From NCBI GenBank assembly GCA_036655355.1, contig JAVVQG010000016.1:35333-99332 (forward strand): a DNA stretch of 64,000 nucleotides, written 5' to 3'. The stretch is from Bacteroidales bacterium (GTDB taxonomy: Bacteria; Bacteroidota; Bacteroidia; Bacteroidales; JAUNSR01). Shown here piece after piece: positions 38,160 to 48,662 of this stretch. The translations under genes and the position numbers were made by a program. Within the stretch, counting starts at the first letter, position 1. Every line of letters begins with the position of its first letter. The notes under the pieces were generated by a model. It was not told the origin of the DNA. It saw only the letters and a program-made list of their open reading frames with translations, and did not search any database.

Positions 38160-39185
38160 ATGAGGAAACTATTGAATACATTGTATGTTACTACTCCGGA
38201 AGCTTATTTATCGAAAGATGGTGAGAACATAGTAATAAAGATAAAAGATGAGGAACGATTTAGAATACCTGCACTAAATATTGAAGGAATAGTCTCGTTT
38301 AGTTATATGGGAGCTTCTCCTCAATTAATAAAAATGTGTACAGAGTATAATATCGGTCTTTCTTTTCTTTCTCCAAGTGGAGACTTCTTAGGTCGTGTTT
38401 CCGGGAAGATAAGAGGAAATGTCTTATTAAGAAGAATACAATATAGAATTGCAGATGATAAAGAAAGAAGTTTGCAAATAAGCTCAATATTCATTTCCGG
38501 TAAAATAGCCAATATGCGTTCTATAATTGAGCGCTATAAGCGGGATTACTGTAAAGATGATGATTGCTTAGTTCAAATTTCACAACATCTGAAAACATGT
38601 AAACGGCATGCTTTTCATGCTTCTGACTCAGATTCGTTACGAGGGATAGAAGGAGATGCAGCCAATTGTTATTTTTCTGTTTTCAATAGAATGATCATAC
38701 ATCAGAAAAATATCTTCTCCTTTAACGGACGTAATCGCAGACCTCCTAAAGATAAGGTGAATGCATTGTTGTCTTTTTTATATACGCTTCTTGCTCATGA
38801 TGTTCAGTCCGCATTAGAGACTGTAGGGTTAGATCCTTTTGTTGGTTTTATGCATACAGATCGCCCCGGTCGCCCTAGTCTGGCATTAGATATGATGGAA
38901 GAATTTCGATCTTATTTATGCGATCGTTTAGTTTTATCTTTGATTAATCGAAAACAAATAAATGAAAGAGATTTTATAGTACAAGGTAATGAAGGGGTTA
39001 TAATGAGCGATAATGGCCGGAAGACTGTAATTCAGGCTTGGCAAAATAGAAAGCAAGAAGAAATTATTCATCCCTATTTAAAAGAAAAAGTAAAAATAGG
39101 ACTTTTGCCTTATATTCAAGCTGTACTTCTAGCTCGTTATTTGCGAGGAGAACTTGATAATTATGCGGTGTTTTTAATCCAGTAG
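38160..39185 (+). CDS. cas1: CRISPR-associated integrase Cas1 (subtype I-C)
   Basis: 341 aa with Cas1 motifs NALLSFLYTLL and GFMHTDRPGRPSLALDMMEEFR. Confidence 0.93.
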   Translation: MRKLLNTLYVTTPEAYLSKDGENIVIKIKDEERFRIPALNIEGIVSFSYMGASPQLIKMCTEYNIGLSFLSPSGDFLGRVSGKIRGNVLLRRIQYRIADDKERSLQISSIFISGKIANMRSIIERYKRDYCKDDDCLVQISQHLKTCKRHAFHASDSDSLRGIEGDAANCYFSVFNRMIIHQKNIFSFNGRNRRPPKDKVNALLSFLYTLLAHDVQSALETVGLDPFVGFMHTDRPGRPSLALDMMEEFRSYLCDRLVLSLINRKQINERDFIVQGNEGVIMSDNGRKTVIQAWQNRKQEEIIHPYLKEKVKIGLLPYIQAVLLARYLRGELDNYAVFLIQ

Positions 39186-39189
39186 AGTT

Positions 39190-39480
39190 ATGTTTGTATT
39201 GGTAACTTATGACGTAGAAACAACCTCTCTTGGAGGACAAAAGCGTTTGCGAAAAGTAGCAAAACTTTGTATGAATTATGGTCAGCGAGTCCAGAATTCA
39301 GTTTTTGAGTGTGTGATTGATCCTGCAAATTTTACTAAATTGCGCTATCAATTATTAGAAATAATAGATAAAGAAAAAGATAGTATAAGATTCTATTTAT
39401 TGGGAAATAATTGGGATCGTAAAGTTGATTTTATTGGTAAGTTGACTTCTTATAATGTTAATGATAGTTTGATAATTTGA
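39190..39480 (+). CDS. cas2: CRISPR-associated endoribonuclease Cas2
   Basis: 96 aa with N-terminus MFVLVTYDV, the Cas2 hallmark. It lies directly upstream of the array. Confidence 0.92.
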   Translation: MFVLVTYDVETTSLGGQKRLRKVAKLCMNYGQRVQNSVFECVIDPANFTKLRYQLLEIIDKEKDSIRFYLLGNNWDRKVDFIGKLTSYNVNDSLII

Positions 39481-39648
39481 ATTTGCGAACCTATTGTACC
39501 CATAAAAATTGGTGGTTATCGCGATCCTTGAATTTCAGTACTTTAGTGGGTTTTTTAAGAAGTTTTCACTTGATTAGATTCATGAAAAAGCAACTTTCGC
39601 AAAATGGAAGCTCTTTTGCATTAATTAATAGATAATTATATAATAGCA
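39481..39648 (+). promoter_or_regulatory. CRISPR leader
   Basis: A 168-bp AT-rich non-coding stretch lies between cas2 and the first repeat. The degenerate repeat sits at the opposite end of the array. Confidence 0.7.
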
Positions 39649-42600
39649 GTCGCACCCTGTGCGGGTGCGTGGATTGAAACCCTTTCTACTACACATTGTT
39701 ATATATTCAGAAAAGCGTCGCACCCTGTGCGGGTGCGTGGATTGAAACTGAAGTCATATATACCCTAATACTGTGAGTTCCGTCGCACCCTGTGCGGGTG
39801 CGTGGATTGAAACTCAATGAATTAAGAAGAACTCCAATTGATTATTAGTCGCACCCTGTGCGGGTGCGTGGATTGAAACACAGGCGAAGTGTGCCAGGAT
39901 AAGATGCAGGTAGGTCGCACCCTGTGCGGGTGCGTGGATTGAAACTAACGTAATCAGAACCAATTTTGTGAACGTACAACATGTCGCACCCTGTGCGGGT
40001 GCGTGGATTGAAACAGTTAGCGTACCGGTCTTGTAAGAATCCGATACGTCGCACCCTGTGCGGGTGCGTGGATTGAAACACTTCGAACCTTGTTAATATG
40101 ATCTATCAGTTCCGTCGCACCCTGTGCGGGTGCGTGGATTGAAACACCAAGTACGATTCAGCTGTCAATAACGATATAAGTCGCACCCTGTGCGGGTGCG
40201 TGGATTGAAACCTTCTTAAAGATGAGATACCGTTAATGAAATATTGTCGCACCCTGTGCGGGTGCGTGGATTGAAACATTGGAATAACGTTGTATTCCCC
40301 AAGGTGAGAGTAGTCGCACCCTGTGCGGGTGCGTGGATTGAAACTCGGAATCTTGGCGCGGCACCTACGAATATCAAGTCGCACCCTGTGCGGGTGCGTG
40401 GATTGAAACAAATTATTGAATGAGTTTGTTGCTGATTACGAAAGTCGCACCCTGTGCGGGTGCGTGGATTGAAACGCTTTAACGGTTGTCTCCTTTCCCT
40501 CCGATTACTGTCGCACCCTGTGCGGGTGCGTGGATTGAAACAGTTTATTAGGCTGTGTTTCGTCATTAAGGATAGGTCGCACCCTGTGCGGGTGCGTGGA
40601 TTGAAACTACAGTTATATAGCTGCTATTATGTAGATCAGGAGTCGCACCCTGTGCGGGTGCGTGGATTGAAACCTAGGTCACGAGAGCGGATTCAGCGTT
40701 ACGCTAGTCGCACCCTGTGCGGGTGCGTGGATTGAAACCGCAAGGACCTGAATAACCCTCACTTCATTTGCCGTCGCACCCTGTGCGGGTGCGTGGATTG
40801 AAACTCACAAGGAACCCAATAAGATTTATCCTCATACGTGTCGCACCCTGTGCGGGTGCGTGGATTGAAACAGGGCACGGATAAAGCTGCTCGAGGAGGA
40901 GTTTAGTCGCACCCTGTGCGGGTGCGTGGATTGAAACCATATTTAATATTTACTTTTACTGAATAAGCTGTTTGTCGCACCCTGTGCGGGTGCGTGGATT
41001 GAAACCATATTTAATATTTACTTTTACTGAATAAGCTGTTTGTCGCACCCTGTGCGGGTGCGTGGATTGAAACATAATCTACACGTTTAAATAAATACAT
41101 CTCGAATAGTCGCACCCTGTGCGGGTGCGTGGATTGAAACACCTGTAGATGTTACGGAGCCGTCAACTCTAGTTTGTCGCACCCTGTGCGGGTGCGTGGA
41201 TTGAAACATGATATTGTAAAACCAACCTCCATTTGCTCTTGTCGCACCCTGTGCGGGTGCGTGGATTGAAACAAACGAAGTCTCTCTAAGTGGATATGGG
41301 ATTGAAGTCGCACCCTGTGCGGGTGCGTGGATTGAAACAAGGGCTTCGTCTCTCCGAACACATTCAATCAACCCGTCGCACCCTGTGCGGGTGCGTGGAT
41401 TGAAACAAACTCAAAAGCGGGTGGTGGTTTGTGTCTTATCAAGGTCGCACCCTGTGCGGGTGCGTGGATTGAAACACACTTGCGGCAGAAGCAACGGTTA
41501 CGTTGCAATCGTCGCACCCTGTGCGGGTGCGACGATTGAAACTCTTATTAGATCCTCCTTCGTCTCGTATGTGCGTATCGTCGCACCCTGTGCGGGTGCG
41601 TGGATTGAAACTATCTGGAGCGTTGAAGTTATCGCCGCAAAATTGAGTCGCACCCTGTGCGGGTGCGTGGATTGAAACGCAAATTAACGGTTTATAGGTG
41701 TGTTGTGTACGAGTCGCACCCTGTGCGGGTGCGTGGATTGAAACACGTTGGTTCTGGATATCCAGACAACATAGCAGCGTCGCACCCTGTGCGGGTGCGT
41801 GGATTGAAACCTATCACCCCTCAGATGGCTTGCGATTCTAGGTAGTCGCACCCTGTGCGGGTGCGTGGATTGAAACCCCTTACTTCCATTATTCGTAATG
41901 ATTTGGATATGTCGCACCCTGTGCGGGTGCGTGGATTGAAACAGTTATAAACTGAACCTAGTAAGAAACATTATTTGTCGCACCCTGTGCGGGTGCGTGG
42001 ATTGAAACCGCTAGTTGAAGATGCAAGTGTTGTCTGAAAATAGTCGCACCCTGTGCGGGTGCGTGGATTGAAACAAATGAAACGTGTCAACGACTGCTCC
42101 CTTGACTAGTCGCACCCTGTGCGGGTGCGTGGATTGAAACATATAGCTTCCGCCATTCCTCGATGCGCTTAGGTCGCACCCTGTGCGGGTGCGTGGATTG
42201 AAACCATTAAAGGATTCATTTTTACCCCAAGTTTTATAGTCGCACCCTGTGCGGGTGCGTGGATTGAAACTTTTCGCGCCCTTATGCTCGTGATACCATT
42301 TCCCGTCGCACCCTGTGCGGGTGCGTGGATTGAAACACACCAACCCTCGCTTATTGCGTCAGAAATTTGTGTCGCACCCTGTGCGGGTGCGTGGATTGAA
42401 ACGCCAAAAGTTTTATTATCCCGTTCCAGCCATGCGGTCGCACCCTGTGCGGGTGCGTGGATTGAAACTTACTTTCAGTGTAGCAGTTATAACACAAAAA
42501 ACCGTCGCACCCTGTGCGGGTGCGTGGATTGAAACGCCTTAAAAGCCTAGAGCCTATATCAGATAAAGCGTCGCACCCTGTGCGGGTGCGTGGATTGAAA

Positions 42601-45600
42601 CGAAGTAGCTAAATCTGATGCATGGTGGATAGCTGGTCGCACCCTGTGCGGGTGCGTGGATTGAAACAACTTGGTGTTTCATCGAAGATTCATTATATAC
42701 TGGGTCGCACCCTGTGCGGGTGCGTGGATTGAAACATAATACGTTGTGTTTTTAAGATTTACCCCCGTATGTCGCACCCTGTGCGGGTGCGTGGATTGAA
42801 ACCATTCCAACTCTTGCTTGCAATCGAGATATCCCCGTCGCACCCTGTGCGGGTGCGTGGATTGAAACATCTTTAAAGTAAACTTTGCGCTGAATGCAAA
42901 TAGTCGCACCCTGTGCGGGTGCGTGGATTGAAACGACCATTGCGGCGGATATTGTTCGAAAGGTTTTTGTCGCACCCTGTGCGGGTGCGTGGATTGAAAC
43001 TCCTAAAATATCGCTTAATGTTTGTGCGATTTTCGTCGCACCCTGTGCGGGTGCGTGGATTGAAACTAAGTGTTTAATAAACTTATTCAACTCATCCCGT
43101 GTCGCACCCTGTGCGGGTGCGTGGATTGAAACATGGTGTTTTATTTTACTCCTTGCAAATCCTTTGAAAGTCGCACCCTGTGCGGGTGCGTGGATTGAAA
43201 CTTTATCGATTACAAGGTAGTAACCTACCCAAACGTCGCACCCTGTGCGGGTGCGTGGATTGAAACTTGTAAAATAATTACATGAATAATTTGGATATTA
43301 GTCGCACCCTGTGCGGGTGCGTGGATTGAAACAGAAACAAAATCCTCATTGATAACATTTTCAAATAGTCGCACCCTGTGCGGGTGCGTGGATTGAAACT
43401 ACGAAAGTAACTGAAAAGGAAGCCTTGATTAAAAAGTCGCACCCTGTGCGGGTGCGTGGATTGAAACTACCTGTAGCGTAAATTTGTGGCGCATATAATC
43501 CGTCGCACCCTGTGCGGGTGCGTGGATTGAAACCAAAAACGCCAAAGTTTTACTCTAAATAGAAAAAGTCGCACCCTGTGCGGGTGCGTGGATTGAAACA
43601 AATGAACTAGCTAGATTATTAACAGAACTAGCCGTCGCACCCTGTGCGGGTGCGTGGATTGAAACCAGCCATTGTTTTTTGAAATCCTGTAGAAGCATTG
43701 TCGCACCCTGTGCGGGTGCGTGGATTGAAACTGGTTATACTGAGCAAAGTGCAGGAGATGGAGTTTGTCGCACCCTGTGCGGGTGCGTGGATTGAAACCG
43801 CATATAAAGAGTTAATGTAATTATCGCCTACCGTCGCACCCTGTGCGGGTGCGTGGATTGAAACTAGGGTGCTAAGTGCATCAACACATTCTACCTGTAG
43901 TCGCACCCTGTGCGGGTGCGTGGATTGAAACAAGTTATTAAAAGGTTATGTTGTTGTTCGCTCCAAGGTCGCACCCTGTGCGGGTGCGTGGATTGAAACA
44001 ACAGAGGATGAAGTCATAGCTGCTGGAGATATTGTCGCACCCTGTGCGGGTGCGTGGATTGAAACAACAATGTCTCAATCTGACTATCTGCTATCCACTG
44101 TCGCACCCTGTGCGGGTGCGTGGATTGAAACTCAATACCATCGAATAGGATAACCTGATATTGGTGTCGCACCCTGTGCGGGTGCGTGGATTGAAACAAA
44201 ATATACCATCTACGGGTTATCCCGGAGCAGCTGTCGCACCCTGTGCGGGTGCGTGGATTGAAACCTGTACCTGTGCCGGGACATTATTGCCGTTAACGGG
44301 TCGCACCCTGTGCGGGTGCGTGGATTGAAACACAGGTTGCAGAAGCATTTAAATTAATCGGATCAAGTCGCACCCTGTGCGGGTGCGTGGATTGAAACTC
44401 TATATTGCGCAATATAAATCGCTACTTCCTAAAGTCGCACCCTGTGCGGGTGCGTGGATTGAAACAGCGTAAGCGTTGTACCCGATACAGCATGGTTTGT
44501 CGCACCCTGTGCGGGTGCGTGGATTGAAACTCATTCGGTGGCGCCCATCGAGAGATTACCCCTCGTCGCACCCTGTGCGGGTGCGTGGATTGAAACAGTT
44601 TACACACCTCGTCATTTTCATTGTAAATAAGTCGCACCCTGTGCGGGTGCGTGGATTGAAACATATAAATCTTATCTCCGTTATTACCCATATATAGTCG
44701 CACCCTGTGCGGGTGCGTGGATTGAAACCTTTGTAAATCCTTTGTAAGAATCCTTTGCGTTAAGTCGCACCCTGTGCGGGTGCGTGGATTGAAACAAGGA
44801 GTTACATTGTAAACTCCGCTGAGATTGACGTCGCACCCTGTGCGGGTGCGTGGATTGAAACAAAGAATGATTGATTCTCCCATGGCATCAATGTGTCGCA
44901 CCCTGTGCGGGTGCGTGGATTGAAACACCAACAAGTATTTCGAGCGGAGCGATTGCTTGAGTCGCACCCTGTGCGGGTGCGTGGATTGAAACTTACAGAT
45001 CATCTTAATATAGCGGTTGAAATATTGTCGCACCCTGTGCGGGTGCGTGGATTGAAACACCGTCATAAGTCATTATTGAGGTTACGTCTATTAGTCGCAC
45101 CCTGTGCGGGTGCGTGGATTGAAACCCATGTGCTACCGAATTTATAAACTAAAACCTCTGTCGCACCCTGTGCGGGTGCGTGGATTGAAACTCCGTTTTG
45201 GGTGGTAACAAATCCGAGAGATGGTGTCGCACCCTGTGCGGGTGCGTGGATTGAAACAAGAATAGCTTGTTGTTTCTTGATTGCTTCCGTGTCGCACCCT
45301 GTGCGGGTGCGTGGATTGAAACGAAACAAAATCCTCATTGATAACATTCTCAAATATAAGTCGCACCCTGTGCGGGTGCGTGGATTGAAACTTTTTGATA
45401 ATGCAATCAAACCAACCAACAAAAGGGAGTCGCACCCTGTGCGGGTGCGTGGATTGAAACTTTTCTTTTTTGTGGACCCGATGTTTGGACAGCAGTCGCA
45501 CCCTGTGCGGGTGCGTGGATTGAAACTGTTAGAGGGGTATATTGATAGCGTGTTGAAACAGTCGCACCCTGTGCGGGTGCGTGGATTGAAACTTTTTGAT

Positions 45601-45923
45601 AATGCAACCAAACCAACTAACAAAAGGTCGCACCCTGTGCGGGTGCGTGGATTGAAACTCAACTGTAATAACGTAGGTATCTTCTTCTGTCGTCGCACCC
45701 TGTGCGGGTGCGTGGATTGAAACCAATCAACCAACTTGCTTTCATCAACCTCCTCAAGTCGCACCTTGTACGGGTGCGTGGATTGAAACAAGACAAGCTA
45801 CGAGGCAACAGCCCGTTACATCAGGTCGCACCCTGTGCGGGTGCGTGGATTGAAACATACTCATCATTGGCTTTATCTAATGATTACACATGTCGCAACA
45901 TTAGTGGGTAAGAGGATCGAAAC
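39649..45923 (+). CRISPR. type I-C CRISPR array, 95 repeats and 94 spacers by manual count
   Basis: The 32-bp repeat is GTCGCACCCTGTGCGGGTGCGTGGATTGAAAC, with internal hairpin CGCACCC/GGGTGCG and the I-C-typical ATTGAAAC 3' end. Repeat starts run from 39649 and 39717 to 45825, and spacers are 32-37 bp. The terminal repeat at 45892-45923 is degenerate (GTCGCAACATTAGTGGGTAAGAGGATCGAAAC). Confidence 0.97.
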
Positions 45924-46020
45924 TCTGCAGGACATAAAATTTACATAAATCCGATGTTAATTTAGACCTCAACTATTGGTTTTGGGTATTAATTTTTCGG
46001 TTTTGTTGGGTGTTTTAAAT

Positions 46021-46043
46021 AGGATAGAATAGTATTCTATCCT
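46021..46043. other. perfect 11-bp inverted repeat between the array end and the araC-family gene
   Basis: AGGATAGAATA-g-TATTCTATCCT. It may terminate the convergent AraC gene and/or array read-through. Confidence 0.35.
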
Positions 46044-46086
46044 TGCGTAACTTGCTATAAGTATTTCATATAAGGAATTAAAAATC

Positions 46087-47034
46087 TTAATTAGGGTGAA
46101 TAGTAGGCGATGAAAAACACCCCATTGCAGTAGCAGGGAATTCTTTGCGATAACGAGCGGGCGACGTTTTTTTTATCTCCCTGAAGACCCGTGTGAAATG
46201 ATATCGGTTTGAAAACCCACTGTTTTCAGCAATGGTATCGATGGTATCATGTGAATGGATCAATCGGACGCAAGCCTGGTTGATCCGTTTGTTTTTTATA
46301 TAGCGTTGGAGGGGAATGCCGGTTTCCTCTTTAAACAGATGTGCAAACGCATTGGTAGACATGCAAGTGATTTTAGCCAGTTGCTCGTTCGAGAGCTCCT
46401 TGTCAATGTTGTTTTCGATGTACAACATCACTTTCCCAATCCGTTCATCTTGAAAGGAGAGTTCCCATTTCTCCGGATCAATGTGGCCAAATAGTTCGCA
46501 GATCAAAGATTGGGCGCACAAGAAGAAAGAGAAGTTGATTTTCGCCACCTCGTGTGAGAGGTACTGCTGCATTGCCGCGACCTTATTTTGCAGGTAAGGG
46601 GTAAGTTCAAATTCAAAGACCCCTTGTTTCACATTATCATAGGGGTATCCGGCCGTAAAATGGATAAACAGATGCTCAATGGCACCCTCTTCATGTAGCT
46701 TTCGTCGCTTTTCTTCCCCAAGATCGGCTATTCGCCCCCCTTTCAGCTGGTACGATCCGGCAACCACCGAATGATCGTAAAGCCACGATGAGTAACGGGT
46801 GTTTGGAGCGATCAGATAAAGCCTATCCGGTCTTAGCGGATAGATGTGGTTTTCGGCTCGGATGAATCCTCCGGGTTGTGTGTTGTAATAGATTCGCCAG
46901 TAGGGAAAGGCCAATTGCGGATACTCCCAGTTTAGAAGCCACCAAAAGCGACAACAGAGTAGCTGTAGGTTAAATTTCGGGAAATTTTGAACGATCTCCG
47001 AGGGATCTCCCGTATAGTTGTTTTTCTGGAACAT
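46087..47034 (-). CDS. AraC family transcriptional regulator (probable fucose operon regulator)
   Basis: 315 aa with C-terminal AraC HTH region IDTIAENSGFSNRYHFTRVFREIKKTSPARYR. It is divergent from fucK. Confidence 0.85.
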   Translation of the reverse strand: MFQKNNYTGDPSEIVQNFPKFNLQLLCCRFWWLLNWEYPQLAFPYWRIYYNTQPGGFIRAENHIYPLRPDRLYLIAPNTRYSSWLYDHSVVAGSYQLKGGRIADLGEEKRRKLHEEGAIEHLFIHFTAGYPYDNVKQGVFEFELTPYLQNKVAAMQQYLSHEVAKINFSFFLCAQSLICELFGHIDPEKWELSFQDERIGKVMLYIENNIDKELSNEQLAKITCMSTNAFAHLFKEETGIPLQRYIKNKRINQACVRLIHSHDTIDTIAENSGFSNRYHFTRVFREIKKTSPARYRKEFPATAMGCFSSPTIHPN

Positions 47035-47164
47035 GAATCGTGCTTTTTCTGGAACACCAGGTATTAGATAATTGATTTAGATACAAATGTAATTTTAGGA
47101 GATATTTTTCACGCTTTCGAACTCCTTATTTTTGCGTTTAAATATATTTATTTAATACCACATT

Positions 47165-48640
47165 ATGAAAGACATCGCGATTGTATTTGATTGCGGGGCT
47201 ACAAACGTCCGCGTAATAGCTATCGATACCGCGGGAAGTATCATTGCTTCTTGTGCGGAGGCAAATGAGACAGACGAGGATCCCTATCTGGAAGGGGGGA
47301 GAATCTGGGATTTAGATAAACTTTGGGATAAACTGTGTAACGCTTCACGCAATGTGATGGCATCGGTGGACGCAAGCCGGGTGGCAGGAGTTACGTTTAC
47401 CACTTTTGGCGTAGACGGTTCTTTTGTCGATGAAGCGGGTAAACTCCTTTATCCGGTGATCTCCTGGCAATGCCCCCGCACCGCCCCACTCCTTGAATCG
47501 ATAGTCGAATACATTCCAAACGAGCAATTGTCTGCGATAAGTGGAATCCACCCTTATGCCTATAATACCATCTATAAGATGTTGTGGTTTCGGAAAAATC
47601 GTCCGGATATTATAGCGAAAGCCCACCGTTTTTTATTCATTCCCTCTTTATTGATTCTGAAACTGACCGGTAGGATGGTGAATGACATGACGATGAGTGG
47701 CACCTCCATGATGACGGATTTGTTGCAACGAAACTTCTCCACTCCTATTTTAAAAGCGTTGGGGATTGACCGCGCACTCTTTGGGACGGTGGGAGAGCCG
47801 GGCGACCGGGTGGGTGAAGTATCGGCTGTGGGAAGTGCTGCAACCGGGATTCCCCAATCTACTCCGGTGTTTCTGGGAGGTCATGATACGCAGTTCGCTC
47901 TATTTGGTTCCGGAGCCGAATTGAATCAACCGGTGTTGAGTTCGGGTACATTTGAGATTCTGATGAGTCGGAGTGCCGTTGCTTCTCTCTCGGAAGAGGA
48001 TCGGCTTCGGAAAGCGTTAACCATCGAATTGGATGTGAAGCCGGGCGTTTGTAACATGGGACAAAACTGGTTGGGATCAGGCGTTTTGGAGTGGTTTTTT
48101 CGAAATTTCTATCCCGATTTGCACGGAGATTTGTTGTACGAAACCTCTATTTCAGAGGCCGAGGCGGTCATGCCGGGAGAACACGGACTCATTATTAACC
48201 CCGATTTTTTCAACGACGGTCAACTTGGTCACGGAGGGAGCATTACCGGTTTGCATCTCCATACGAGTCGCGGAGCGATTTTCCGCGCGTTGTTGGAGAG
48301 TATGGCGTTTCGGTTACGGGAAGCGCTTGAAGCGTTACAGCGTGTGGGCGGATTTCGTGCGGATAAGATTATCTGTGTGGGAGGAGGATCAAAGAACCGT
48401 TTGTGGAATCAGTTGCGAGCCGATGTCTGCGGCCTTCCAATCCAAACCATCGCGCATAAAGAGACTACCGTACTGGGGGCATCGTTTTTTGTCTTTGCAG
48501 GGGCTGGAAATTGCGTGGATGCCACCGAAGCGCGCCAACGAATCGATTATAAAGCACACCTTACGCTGCCTTCAGCTAATTCGGGTACGATTTATGACCC
48601 CTTGTATGCTGCTTTTCTGAAAAACAAAGAAACACATTAA
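47165..48640 (+). CDS. fucK: L-fuculokinase (FGGY carbohydrate kinase)
   Basis: 491 aa. The N-terminus VFDCGATNVRVIAID matches the FucK-type FGGY start. It sits in context with fucP, fucI and fucA. Confidence 0.82.
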   Translation: MKDIAIVFDCGATNVRVIAIDTAGSIIASCAEANETDEDPYLEGGRIWDLDKLWDKLCNASRNVMASVDASRVAGVTFTTFGVDGSFVDEAGKLLYPVISWQCPRTAPLLESIVEYIPNEQLSAISGIHPYAYNTIYKMLWFRKNRPDIIAKAHRFLFIPSLLILKLTGRMVNDMTMSGTSMMTDLLQRNFSTPILKALGIDRALFGTVGEPGDRVGEVSAVGSAATGIPQSTPVFLGGHDTQFALFGSGAELNQPVLSSGTFEILMSRSAVASLSEEDRLRKALTIELDVKPGVCNMGQNWLGSGVLEWFFRNFYPDLHGDLLYETSISEAEAVMPGEHGLIINPDFFNDGQLGHGGSITGLHLHTSRGAIFRALLESMAFRLREALEALQRVGGFRADKIICVGGGSKNRLWNQLRADVCGLPIQTIAHKETTVLGASFFVFAGAGNCVDATEARQRIDYKAHLTLPSANSGTIYDPLYAAFLKNKETH

Positions 48641-48662
48641 CCTTCTTCTAAAATCAATTACC

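Noticed and set aside
41877-43300. Partial similarity between spacer 34 (…GTAATGATTTGGATAT) and spacer 55 (…GAATAATTTGGATATTA), and between the ends of spacers 61 and 71 (AGAAGCATT).
   Set aside because: The shared stretches are only 9-15 nt with mismatches in AT-rich sequence. That is not enough to claim related protospacers without a database search.
39845-45911. Dozens of 60-240 aa ORFs on both strands inside the CRISPR array, with recurring peptides such as FNPRTRTGCD, FQSTHPHRVR, VSIHAPAQGAT, SHPVRVRGLK and VAPCAGAWIET.
   Set aside because: The recurring peptides are translations of the 32-bp repeat in different frames. The ORFs exist only because the repeats and most spacers lack stop codons, so they are not genes.
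31542-47034. I looked for additional defence genes (restriction-modification, abortive infection, toxin-antitoxin, anti-CRISPR-like small ORFs) or mobile-element genes flanking the CRISPR-Cas locus.
   Set aside because: The flanks are a GH20 gene on the left and an AraC/fucose operon on the right. There are no unassigned ORFs of 60 aa or more outside the array and no integrase or transposase. The locus appears to be a standalone canonical type I-C system.
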